Assembly: GCA_964436815.1 (NCBI GenBank)
Contig: CAYTER010000017.1
Location: 6,804-38,803 of the forward strand
Length of the DNA: 32,000 nucleotides
Source: an uncultured Syntrophomonadaceae bacterium
Lineage (GTDB): Bacteria; Bacillota; Dethiobacteria; DTU022
Reading direction: 5' to 3'
This document shows positions 24,378 through 32,000 of this stretch, one piece after another. Numbering within the stretch: the stretch's first letter is position 1; every line of letters starts with the position of its first letter. The notes beneath the pieces were generated by a model. That model was not told the origin of the DNA. It ran no database searches and saw only the letters and a list, made by a program, of their open reading frames with translations. Made by a program: the position numbers and the translations under genes.

Positions 24378-24692
24378 ATGGAGCCAGGGTCATTTGTTGC
24401 GATCTATATGCCATTATTCACGGTTATGATTGTAATCATGCAACAGCGAAAACGCAGGCGGCGGATTGCCATCCTCCAGAATATGAGGCGGAAAGGGGTG
24501 TTAGCTGTGTCAATCGAAGCATTTAAAAGGAATATCGGCCGGAACTGCCAGATTACTACCATGCTTGAAAGGAAAGTGGCAGGTAGAATAGCCGGAGTCG
24601 AAGGTAACTGGATTGAAATCGAAACGAGAAAGAACACCGAATATATTAATGCTGAGTTCATCGAAAGATTTCGGATCGTGCCGGGGATGTAG
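24378..24692 (+). CDS. small hypothetical protein (one TM helix, polybasic stretch, about 60-aa C-terminal domain)
   Basis: 104-aa ORF: FVAIYMPLFTVMIVIM, then QQRKRRRRIAILQNMRRKG, then a soluble domain. The stop lies 28 nt before isf-1. No motif recognised, and the start is uncertain. Confidence 0.45.
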   Translation: MEPGSFVAIYMPLFTVMIVIMQQRKRRRRIAILQNMRRKGVLAVSIEAFKRNIGRNCQITTMLERKVAGRIAGVEGNWIEIETRKNTEYINAEFIERFRIVPGM

Positions 24693-24720
24693 CTGAATCA
24701 ATGCTATAAAGGAGCTGATC

Positions 24721-25299
24721 ATGATGAAGGTTGTAGCTTTCAACGGAAGCCCTCGTAAAGATGGCAATACCAGTCTGCTTTTAAAACAGGTATTGGGAAA
24801 GATCGAAGAGGCTGGCATCTTGACCGAAACTGTAAACATTGCCGGGCAAATTAAGCGGGGCTGTACAGCCTGCCGGAAATGTGTTGAAAATCAAAACCAA
24901 AAGTGTGTATTTGATGACGACATCATCAATGAGTGTATTGCCAAAATGCTCGAAGCGGACGGCATCATCATCGGTTCGCCTACTTATTTCGCCGCCATGA
25001 CAGCCGAAACCAAGGCTTTGATTGACCGGGCAGGCTATGTGGTCAAGGGAAACGGTAATCTCTTAAGAAGGAAAGTTGGGGCGGCAGTAACTGTAGCCCG
25101 AAGAGCCGGTTCAATAAACGTATTCCAGGGCATTAACAATTTTTTCTTTATCAGCAGTATGGTGGTTCCCGGATCGATCTATTGGAACCTGGCCATCGGG
25201 AGAGATATTGGCGACGTGGAATCCGATCAAGAAGGCATTCAGACCATGATCGAGCTGGGTGAAAATATAGCCTGGCTGATCAGGAAAACCAGGCAGTAG
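24721..25299 (+). CDS. isf: iron-sulfur flavoprotein (Isf family, NADPH-dependent FMN reductase fold)
   Basis: VVAFNGSPRKDGNTS (FMN site) and a compact cluster motif CTACRKCVENQNQKC (CX2CX2CX7C) followed by VFDDD. By eye it is colinear with Methanosarcina Isf (PCKACGACRDQDFCVIDDD). AAGGAG SD. Confidence 0.8.
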   Translation: MMKVVAFNGSPRKDGNTSLLLKQVLGKIEEAGILTETVNIAGQIKRGCTACRKCVENQNQKCVFDDDIINECIAKMLEADGIIIGSPTYFAAMTAETKALIDRAGYVVKGNGNLLRRKVGAAVTVARRAGSINVFQGINNFFFISSMVVPGSIYWNLAIGRDIGDVESDQEGIQTMIELGENIAWLIRKTRQ

Positions 25300-25326
25300 A
25301 AGTTTATCTGGTGAGGTGACAGATTA

Positions 25327-25881
25327 GTGGAGAAGAAAAATGTGCTGGTCTTAACCGGCAGCCCCAGGAAAAACGGCAACAGTGACCGGCTGGCAAAAGC
25401 TTTTATCCATGGGGCAGTTACAGCCGGTCATGACGTGATCAAGTTTGAAACAGCTGCTAAAAAGATTGGCGGCTGCAAGGGTTGTAAAAAATGTTGGCCG
25501 AAAGATGAACCCTGCATTTACAGGGATGATTTTGATCAGCTCTCCCCCCTGCTGGAGGGAGCCGATGTCATAGTCTTCTGCACACCGCTTTACTGGTTCA
25601 CTTTCTCGGCGCCGATCAAGGCGGCGATCGATAGGATATACGCTTACTTAAGGGATAATCGTAAGCGTTCGTTAAAAATAAAAGAGAGTTATCTTTTTGT
25701 CTGCGGGGCTGATCCGGAAATGCGTATATTTGACGGGATCATCGCCACCTACCAGGAAATAGTTGCTTATATGAAGTGGGCGGACAGGGGAGTATTGGCC
25801 GTGCCAAAAGTGCAGGAAAAAGGTGATATTGAAGGCACAGATGCCCTGATAAAAGCAGAGGAACTGGGTAAGTCTGTCTAA
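25327..25881 (+). CDS. iron-sulfur flavoprotein paralog (Isf family)
   Basis: GTG start after GGTGAGGTG. VLVLTGSPRKNGNSD, and the cluster motif CKGCKKCWPKDEPC (CX2CX2CX6C). Confidence 0.75.
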   Translation: MEKKNVLVLTGSPRKNGNSDRLAKAFIHGAVTAGHDVIKFETAAKKIGGCKGCKKCWPKDEPCIYRDDFDQLSPLLEGADVIVFCTPLYWFTFSAPIKAAIDRIYAYLRDNRKRSLKIKESYLFVCGADPEMRIFDGIIATYQEIVAYMKWADRGVLAVPKVQEKGDIEGTDALIKAEELGKSV

Positions 25882-25938
25882 ACGGCTCCTGCCTGCGAAA
25901 ATAAAGGCGGCTTTTTTCTCTTTTTACACGTGAGTCGG

Positions 25939-25966
25939 GATCATACCCCTGGGTATGGTCTTTTTT
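25939..25966 (+). terminator. intrinsic terminator of the isf operon
   Basis: GATCATACC-cctg-GGTATGGTC (one G-U pair) followed by TTTTTT. Confidence 0.7.
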
Positions 25967-26082
25967 CGTGAGAAAAAGGGCGTAAAGCTGCGTAATATTA
26001 ATTAAGAATGAGAAAATAAATAACAATAATTATTATTTATTCTCTGCAATTAAAAATTAGCCATATCAAGCTATATATGGAC

Positions 26083-26111
26083 TTGATCAGGAGCCGGGGC
26101 TGTTGCATAAT
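26083..26111 (+). promoter_or_regulatory. sigma-A type promoter of hsp20 (TTGATC-N17-CATAAT)
   Basis: The -35 is 26083..26088 and the -10 is 26106..26111. The CIRCE element begins 5 nt downstream of the -10. Confidence 0.55.
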
Positions 26112-26115
26112 TGTA

Positions 26116-26142
26116 TTAGCACTCAGATGAGTAGAGTGCTAA
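26116..26142. promoter_or_regulatory. CIRCE element (HrcA operator)
   Basis: TTAGCACTC-agatgagta-GAGTGCTAA is an exact match to the consensus TTAGCACTC-N9-GAGTGCTAA. It lies 30 nt upstream of the hsp20 ATG. Confidence 0.9.
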
Positions 26143-26171
26143 AATTAACCTAATAAATGGGAGGTATAACC

Positions 26172-26609
26172 ATGAGAGATCTGGTTAGGAGAACTAATGG
26201 TGGAGAAATGGAGCGGATTCGTTCCGGTATTGATCAGGTTTTTGCCGATGCGTTTTTTCGCAATTGGCCTTCTACCGGGCAGGGTGCTTTTCCTCAGGTA
26301 GACCTCTTCAATACTGAAGGGTCCCTGGTTGCCCTGATTAACTTACCAGGCGTTGAAATTGATGATGTTGAGATCACAGCAAACAACGACACCCTTTCGA
26401 TTCAGGGAGAAGTTAAGATTCAGGGGGTAGACGGGGAGCTATTGTGGCAGGAAAGAACTGGCGGTAAATTCTATCGCAGTTTCAAACTGCCGGTGCCGAT
26501 CAAAGCTGATCAGGTTGATGCAACCTTTAAAGCGGGAATTCTGCGGATCGAGATGCCGAAGATCGACGAGCTGAAGAGCCGGACGATCAAGATCAAAGAA
26601 TCAAAATAA
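26172..26609 (+). CDS. small heat-shock protein, Hsp20/alpha-crystallin family
   Basis: The alpha-crystallin domain runs PQVDLFNTEGSLVALINLPGV ... FYRSFKLP ... ATFKAGILRIEMPK. The start is moved to ATG 26172 (GGGAGG 7 nt upstream). Confidence 0.9.
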   Translation: MRDLVRRTNGGEMERIRSGIDQVFADAFFRNWPSTGQGAFPQVDLFNTEGSLVALINLPGVEIDDVEITANNDTLSIQGEVKIQGVDGELLWQERTGGKFYRSFKLPVPIKADQVDATFKAGILRIEMPKIDELKSRTIKIKESK

Positions 26610-26636
26610 TTACTGAAACCGGTTAAACCAATTCGG

Positions 26637-26673
26637 AGATCAGGGAAGTGTTTGCCTCCCCTGATCTTTTTTT
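26637..26673 (+). terminator. intrinsic terminator of hsp20
   Basis: AGATCAGGGAAG-tgtttgc-CTCCCCTGATCT (11 of 12 bp paired) running into a T-run of 7. Confidence 0.85.
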
Positions 26674-26779
26674 ATATGCAATTTAATCTGTTTGTTCTCC
26701 TCCAGTATTTAAGGTAAGATGATGGCAATAGCTAGACAATTGAATGATGATTGCCTAATATATATGGGCGGTGGTTATA

Positions 26780-27679
26780 ATGATGGAAGTCGGCCTGGTT
26801 GGCCTGGGCAAGATGGGGTTGCCGCTGGCCCTTAATATGCATGATAGCGGGGTAAAAGTATTTGTTTACAGCCGCAGTGCTGCTAAAGCAACGGAAGCAG
26901 AGGATAAAGGTTTAATCGGGACCAGCGAACTTGGGCAGTTTACAGGTTTTTTCCACGGCCGGAAGACGATCTGGCTGATGGTGCCTGCCGGTGATCCGGT
27001 TGACCAGATGATCGAAAAACTGACCCCATTGCTGGCAGAGGGTGATTTGCTGATTGACGGGGGTAATTCTCATTACCGCGATTCGATCCGACGGGCAGAT
27101 AAACTTAAAAGCTCGGGGATAGATTATGTGGATATCGGGATCAGCGGTGGTCCCGGTGGCGCCCGAAACGGCGCCTGCATGATGGTAGGCTCAACTGAGG
27201 AAACGTATAACTACCTCAGCCCTTTATTGAAAAAGCTCTGCGTGGAAAAAGGTAGTCTTCACGCCGGTCCCACGGGAGCCGGACACTATATCAAGATGGT
27301 TCACAATGGCATCGAGTATGGGATGCTGCAGGCTATTGCCGAGGGTTTCGAGTTAATGGATGCCGGTCCCTATGAACTTGATTATCGGGCGATTGCCGAA
27401 CTCTGGAATAACGGTTCGGTGATCCGTAGCTGGTTAATTGAACTGACGGCAAGATTGTTTGCCTCCGACCCGCATCTTGAAAGGTTGAAAGGAATAATCG
27501 GTTCGTCAGGAACCGGGCTTTGGACGGTCGAGGAAGCTTTGGAACGGCAGGTACCGGCACCGGTGATTACCCAATCACTTTTTGCCCGCTACCGCTCGGA
27601 GCAGCAGAATCCTTTCTCAGCCCGCCTGATTGCCGGCCTGCGGCGTGAATTTGGCGGCCATGATGTGGAAGAAGCCTGA
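26780..27679 (+). CDS. gnd: 6-phosphogluconate dehydrogenase, short (~300 aa) decarboxylating form
   Basis: Rossmann motif [10 protein letters not shown], then DGGNS, then [17 protein letters not shown]. The start is taken at ATG 26780 after GGTGG; the ORF-track GTG is 26771. Confidence 0.88.
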   Translation: MMEVGLVGLGKMGLPLALNMHDSGVKVFVYSRSAAKATEAEDKGLIGTSELGQFTGFFHGRKTIWLMVPAGDPVDQMIEKLTPLLAEGDLLIDGGNSHYRDSIRRADKLKSSGIDYVDIGISGGPGGARNGACMMVGSTEETYNYLSPLLKKLCVEKGSLHAGPTGAGHYIKMVHNGIEYGMLQAIAEGFELMDAGPYELDYRAIAELWNNGSVIRSWLIELTARLFASDPHLERLKGIIGSSGTGLWTVEEALERQVPAPVITQSLFARYRSEQQNPFSARLIAGLRREFGGHDVEEA

Positions 27680-27704
27680 AATCAAATTAGAAAGGGTATT
27701 GGGA

Positions 27705-29165
27705 ATGCCAGAACAAAAATGCACGATGCTGATTTTTGGCGGTACCGGTGACCTGACCTATCGCAAACTTGCTCCGGCGATCTACAATCTTTTCATTAAC
27801 GAGGCGCTGCCTGCCAATTTTAGTCTAATCGGTATCGGTCGCAGTCAGAAAAGCAGTAATCAGTACCGCGACGAGCTGGCGAAAGCGGTTGAGCTATATT
27901 CAGCCCGGAGCTGGAAAAAAGAGCGTTGGACGGTGTTGGCAGAAAAGATCGATTACCTGAGCTGCGACCTGGAAAAGGACAGCAGCTATATCTCCTTATT
28001 GCAAGAGCTTGAAAGGCGTTCTACAACTGCGGAGGTAAATAACTACCTATTTTACCTCGCTGTCGCACCCCAGCTTTTCGAACCGATTGCCGCGCATCTT
28101 GGCCGCAACCAACTGGCCATTTCCCCAAATGGCTGGCGGCGAATCCTGATCGAAAAACCCTTTGGTTTTGATTTAAGCTCAGCCCGCAAGCTAAATGCGG
28201 CTCTTTGTGCTGCGTTTGAAGAGCAGAATATCTACCGCGTTGACCACTACCTGGGCAAGGAGATGCTGCAAAATATCCTGGTGATCCGCTTTGCCAATTC
28301 AGTTTTTGAACCGCTCTGGAACCGCCGCTACATAGAACAGGTCCAGATAACCGCTGCTGAAATTGAGGGTATCGGCGATCGCGGCCGCTATTATGACCGG
28401 GCTGGAGCAATGCGCGACATGATCCAGAGCCATTTGATGCAGATGCTGGCGGTAGCGGCAATGGAGCCGCCGCCCGACATTGCTCCGGATACCTTAAGGC
28501 GTAGCAAAATAGAGCTGATTGAGTCGATCCGCCTTTGGCCGGAGGGAAAGACTGATCACAATATAATCTTGGGTCAGTATCGGGGCTACAGATCAGAAAA
28601 AGATGTGGCTCCCGGTTCGAAAGCTGAAACTTTTGCCGCCCTTAAGCTGGCCATTGACAACCAACGCTGGCAGGGCGTACCCTTTTACCTGCGCAGCGGG
28701 AAAAAACTGCAGGACAAGCAGGCCAAAATAGTGATCCAGTTCAAGAACCCGCCGGCGGTTTGTCCCTGGCTGCTTGGGGAGGACATAAAGACAGAAAATG
28801 AACTTCTCCCGAATGTTTTAACCCTCAAGGTCCAGCCCAGCGAAGGGGTTGTCTTCCAATTTAACATCAAGAAACCGGCTACTACCGGAGAGATAGTCCC
28901 GGTCGATATGGATTTCTGCCAGCCCTGCGCTTTTTTAATCAACACCCCGGAAGCTTACGAAAGGTTATTGGCAGATGCCTTTGCCGGGGATCCTTCTCGC
29001 TTCAGCAGCTGGGAAGAAGTTGAAAAGGCCTGGAACCTGATTGACAGCATCTATGATCGGCAGGCCCTCGAGGCAGATAAGCTTTGTGCCTATGATCCGG
29101 GCAGCTGGGGGCCGGAAGAAGCTGACCAGATGCTTGAAGATGCCGGTTTCAAGTGGTGGAACTAA
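27705..29165 (+). CDS. zwf: glucose-6-phosphate 1-dehydrogenase
   Basis: [16 protein letters not shown] (NADP site), EKPFG, and the active-site block RVDHYLGKE. The start is moved to ATG 27705 (MPEQK...), because the ORF-track start overlaps gnd. Confidence 0.93.
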   Translation: MPEQKCTMLIFGGTGDLTYRKLAPAIYNLFINEALPANFSLIGIGRSQKSSNQYRDELAKAVELYSARSWKKERWTVLAEKIDYLSCDLEKDSSYISLLQELERRSTTAEVNNYLFYLAVAPQLFEPIAAHLGRNQLAISPNGWRRILIEKPFGFDLSSARKLNAALCAAFEEQNIYRVDHYLGKEMLQNILVIRFANSVFEPLWNRRYIEQVQITAAEIEGIGDRGRYYDRAGAMRDMIQSHLMQMLAVAAMEPPPDIAPDTLRRSKIELIESIRLWPEGKTDHNIILGQYRGYRSEKDVAPGSKAETFAALKLAIDNQRWQGVPFYLRSGKKLQDKQAKIVIQFKNPPAVCPWLLGEDIKTENELLPNVLTLKVQPSEGVVFQFNIKKPATTGEIVPVDMDFCQPCAFLINTPEAYERLLADAFAGDPSRFSSWEEVEKAWNLIDSIYDRQALEADKLCAYDPGSWGPEEADQMLEDAGFKWWN

Positions 29166-29177
29166 ACAGGAGGAAAG

Positions 29178-29858
29178 TTGCCCGTGATCCTTTATGATCT
29201 GTCTTCGACAATTGAACCGGGTATGCCGGTTTATAAAAACCGGGATGAAAAGCGCCCGCGATTTATAATCAGCCGTGACTTTCCAAATGATGCGGTGCGC
29301 GAGGGGCGACTTGATTTCGACTTGCACAGTGGCACCCATGTTGACTTGCCACTGCATGTAATCCAGGGGGGCGAGCCTTCTGATCATTGGAACAGCAAGC
29401 ATTTTCTAACTTCCTGCCGGGTCCTTGATTTCAGCTCCCTTGAGGGCGACCGGATCAGCGCTGCTCACCTGGAGCAAAAAGAAGTGGAAGCGGCAAACCA
29501 TGGTGATCAGCCTTTATTTGTAAAAGATTGTTCGATCCTTTTAAAGACAGCGAACTCGGCAGAAAACGGTTTTATTTTTTCTTTCGTATTTCTTGAGACT
29601 TCCGGGGCCGAACTCCTGGCGGAACGGAAAATAGCCGGAGTGGGGATCGATGCCCTCGGAATTGAACGTGATCAGCCGGGGCACCCTACTCACCGGGCTT
29701 TGCTTAAAGAGGGGATCTGGATCCTGGAAGGGTTGCAGCTTGCCGGTGTGCCGGAAGGCCGATACGTTCTGGCTTTAATGCCGCTTAAAATTGCCGGGGT
29801 GGAAGCGCTGCCGGCCAGGGCTTTACTGCTTGACCCGGAGAGTATAAAGCTGGACTGA
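29178..29858 (+). CDS. cyclase-family protein (kynurenine formamidase-like metal hydrolase fold)
   Basis: The signature HxGTHxDxPxH is present as LHSGTHVDLPLH. AGGAGG SD follows directly after the zwf stop. The start is TTG 29178 or GTG 29184. Confidence 0.7.
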   Translation: MPVILYDLSSTIEPGMPVYKNRDEKRPRFIISRDFPNDAVREGRLDFDLHSGTHVDLPLHVIQGGEPSDHWNSKHFLTSCRVLDFSSLEGDRISAAHLEQKEVEAANHGDQPLFVKDCSILLKTANSAENGFIFSFVFLETSGAELLAERKIAGVGIDALGIERDQPGHPTHRALLKEGIWILEGLQLAGVPEGRYVLALMPLKIAGVEALPARALLLDPESIKLD

Positions 29859-29951
29859 ATCAATTTTGTAATGCGGCAGAATTTGATGAGATATTGCCGG
29901 CAGTAAAAAAGCAGTAACATTTGAGTAAGTGATAAAGGATTTAATGGCCAT

Positions 29952-31346
29952 ATGGAGCTTAATACAATACAGTTGGCGGGCCTGATAGCTGCCATAGTTG
30001 CTGTTTACAGTATCGGAATTTTCGCCGGGCGAAAAGTACATAATACCGAGGATTTTTCCGTCAGCGGCCGGAAAGCCGGCTCATGGCTGGTGATGGGAAC
30101 GATTCTGGGAACCCTTGTTGGTGGCGCATCAACAATTGGCACAGCCCAGCTTGCTTATCTTTATGGACTATCAGCCTGGTGGTTTACCTTAGGCGGCGGT
30201 ATTGGCTGCCTCTTTATTGCCCTGTTCCTGGTTAAACCTATGTATAATAGCCGCTTCGAGACTATTCCCCGTTTTATCTCTTCAAGCTATGGAAGAGCTG
30301 CCGGGGTAATGGCCGTTATCTTTGTTTCTATTGGGATGTTTATCAATATTGTTCCGCAGATATTTTCTGCCATGGCCCTCCTGACCTCTATGTTTGCCGT
30401 TGAATTGCATCTGGCTGCAGTGCTGACCGTGATCCTGACGGTCGTCTATGTGGTCTTCGGGGGAGCCTGGGGAACCGGTTTAATGGGTTTAACGAAGATT
30501 CTGCTGACCTGTGCCTGTATGATCGCCTCCGGTGCCGTTGCGTATACTCTTACGGGCGGTAGCGCCGGAATAAAAGACTTTTTCCCTTCCTTTCCCTGGT
30601 TTAGTCTTTTTGGCCGGGGCGTCAACACTGACCTCGCGTCGGCTTTCGCATTAATAGTCGGAGTTTTATCGAGCCAGATCTATTTTCAGGGTATTTTTTG
30701 CAGTCGTGACATTCGGGCTGCCAGGGGTGGAGCGCTGCTCAGTGCTTTTCTGGCTCCGCTGATCGGGATCGGCGGTATCTTGGTCGGGCTTTTCATGCGT
30801 ATGCATTATCCCGATATCAATCCGGCCCAGGCTCTGCCGCTCTTCGTTTTATATTATCTGCCAGACTGGTTTGCCGGAATTGTCCTGGCGACACTGCTTC
30901 TGGCTTCAATCGGCACCGGGGCCGGCTTGACTTTAGGGGTCAGTACAATGCTAAACCGGGACATCTACCTTAAGGCGAGACCTGATGCTGTTGACCGGAA
31001 GGTTCTGATTGTTTTCCGGAGTCTGATCATCCTGGTGATGGTTTTTGCCCTGGCAGTAGTGTTGCTATCTGACAGCAATACCCTGATTTTGGGTTGGAGC
31101 TACCTCTCACTCGGGCTGCGGGGTGCAACAATATTCTTTCCCCTTCTGGCTGTAATTTTTTTTAACGGCAGGATTTCTCCACTGGCCGGCACCCTGGCTG
31201 TAGCCCTCGGTCCATCGATTGTCATTGCCGGGACGCTCTTAAAGTTCAGTCTCAACCCGCTTTACTTAGGGTTGGCTGCCAGTTTCTTTATCCTATTGGT
31301 TGACCTGTTGCTGCACCGCAATCGCCGCTTTCAGGAGCAGGAGTAA
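29952..31346 (+). CDS. sodium:solute symporter family (SSF) transporter
   Basis: 464 aa with about 12-13 TM segments. N-terminal pattern GRKVHNTEDFSVSGRKAGSW...GTLVGGASTIGTAQLAY is typical of SSF permeases. Confidence 0.75.
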   Translation: MELNTIQLAGLIAAIVAVYSIGIFAGRKVHNTEDFSVSGRKAGSWLVMGTILGTLVGGASTIGTAQLAYLYGLSAWWFTLGGGIGCLFIALFLVKPMYNSRFETIPRFISSSYGRAAGVMAVIFVSIGMFINIVPQIFSAMALLTSMFAVELHLAAVLTVILTVVYVVFGGAWGTGLMGLTKILLTCACMIASGAVAYTLTGGSAGIKDFFPSFPWFSLFGRGVNTDLASAFALIVGVLSSQIYFQGIFCSRDIRAARGGALLSAFLAPLIGIGGILVGLFMRMHYPDINPAQALPLFVLYYLPDWFAGIVLATLLLASIGTGAGLTLGVSTMLNRDIYLKARPDAVDRKVLIVFRSLIILVMVFALAVVLLSDSNTLILGWSYLSLGLRGATIFFPLLAVIFFNGRISPLAGTLAVALGPSIVIAGTLLKFSLNPLYLGLAASFFILLVDLLLHRNRRFQEQE

Positions 31347-31453
31347 AACCCTTTATACCCTTGATGCAGAAAGTTAAAGCTTGCATGCTTTAGATCAGTG
31401 GAATAGTATAAGTAAACCGTTAATTTACACAGGGTGAAGGGAAGGAGCTTATA

Positions 31454-31753
31454 ATGAACCGGCTAAAAAATATGCAGGGCGGAAACCGGATCGTAATTAC
31501 CGTAATCGGGCCTGACCGGGTAGGAATAATCGCCGCTGTTGCGGTGATCCTGGCCGAGCAGGGCGTAAACATCCTCGATATCAGCCAGACCATTATGCAG
31601 GAATTTTTTGTGATGGTGCTGGTAGCCGACATGGCGGAAGCCAAAATCGACCTGGTTACCTTGAAAGATCTACTGGCTAAGAAGGGCGAAGAGCTTAAGC
31701 TGCGCATTGACACCCAGCATGAAGATATTTTCAATTTCATGCACCGTATCTAG
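31454..31753 (+). CDS. ACT-domain protein (UPF0237 type)
   Basis: 99 aa. VITVIGPDRVGIIAAVAVILAEQGVNILDISQTIM is a canonical ACT beta-alpha-beta start. GGAAGGAG SD. Confidence 0.8.
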   Translation: MNRLKNMQGGNRIVITVIGPDRVGIIAAVAVILAEQGVNILDISQTIMQEFFVMVLVADMAEAKIDLVTLKDLLAKKGEELKLRIDTQHEDIFNFMHRI

Positions 31754-31764
31754 GGGGAATTAAA

Positions 31765-32000
31765 CTTGTTAACGATCGAGGAAATCCTTGAAACGATCAA
31801 GATGGTCCAGGAAGAAAATCTTGACATCAGGACGATTACCATGGGGATCAGTTTACGCGACTGCAGTGATGCCGATCACCGGTCGGCCTGCCGCAAGATT
31901 TATGAAAAGATTACCCGCCTGGCCGGACCCCTGGTTTCAACCGGTGAGGAAATTGCCCGGGAATACGGCTTGCCGATTGTCAACAAACGTATTTCAGTTA
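31765..32000 (+). CDS. UPF0210 (DUF711) family protein, 5' part only (runs off the window)
   Basis: TTG 31765 follows AGGGGGAA. The translation [32 protein letters not shown] matches the conserved N-terminus of UPF0210 proteins, which usually follow the small ACT protein. Confidence 0.7.

Noticed and set aside
26010-26044. AT-rich imperfect palindrome GAGAAAATAAATAA...TTATTTATTCTC upstream of the hsp20 promoter
   Set aside because: The arms need a 2-nt bulge and are almost pure A/T, so chance symmetry in an AT-rich spacer is likely. At most it is a UP-element-like region.
28021-29402. Minus-strand ORFs (146, 86 and 145 aa) within zwf and the cyclase gene
   Set aside because: They are antisense to strongly supported genes, and their Arg/Pro/Gly/Ser-rich composition is typical of the wrong frame.
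31420-31740. 106-aa minus-strand ORF opposite the ACT-domain gene
   Set aside because: The plus-strand ORF has a strong SD and a canonical ACT motif. The minus ORF is Ser/Ile-rich with no signals.
1-32000. CRISPR arrays, IS elements, prophage or recognisable anti-phage defence operons
   Set aside because: Reading both strands, I saw no regularly spaced direct repeats, no transposase/integrase/recombinase-like ORFs and no terminal inverted repeats. I also saw no nuclease/helicase/ATPase clusters. The only defence-type gene is the solitary methyltransferase.

Overview
This is a 32-kb chromosomal window with about 36 supportable CDS and one tRNA-Gly(UCC). I saw no rRNA, CRISPR array, transposase, integrase or phage genes. 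The gene content and signals best fit an anaerobic Firmicutes/Clostridia-type bacterium: GGAGG-type Shine-Dalgarno sites, a perfect CIRCE/HrcA operator, iron-sulfur flavoproteins, a PPi-type phosphofructokinase signature and hgcAB. The taxon cannot be fixed without a database search. All functional calls come from reading motifs in the supplied translations; no similarity search was run.

The main result is a minus-strand three-gene unit at 16928..18866. A cysteine-rich MarR-type regulator overlaps hgcA by 11 nt. hgcA carries the diagnostic NVWCAAGK cap-helix motif and a C-terminal domain of about five predicted TM helices. hgcB follows, a 2x[4Fe-4S] ferredoxin with a C-terminal CC pair. This is the mercury-methylation determinant. 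Here it sits behind a TTGACT-N18-TACAAT promoter that is overlapped by a perfect 9-3-9 palindrome. Vicinal Cys-Cys pairs occur in all three products, and an unannotated 56-aa FmdB-type zinc-ribbon gene lies just upstream.

Other content:
- a class II CPD photolyase
- a protein made of five tandem 18-residue amphipathic repeats (LEA/apolipoprotein-like)
- a solitary DNA methyltransferase with motif I placed before motif IV
- a TetR unit with a consensus promoter and repeated ATAACA/TGTTAT operators
- a GH127/DUF1680 protein overlapping dinB
- two lipoproteins and a GT2 glycosyltransferase
- an S45 acylase followed by a PPi-type PFK
- an oxidative-stress cluster (flavodoxin, peroxiredoxin, two tandem Isf proteins)
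- hsp20 under CIRCE control
- a gnd-zwf-cyclase operon
- an SSF transporter
- an ACT/UPF0210 pair

Several ORF-track start codons were moved downstream on SD-spacing or overlap grounds: hgcA, the MarR regulator, pfk, the acylase, the peroxiredoxin, hsp20, zwf, gnd, the XRE-type HTH regulator, the GT2 glycosyltransferase and both lipoproteins.
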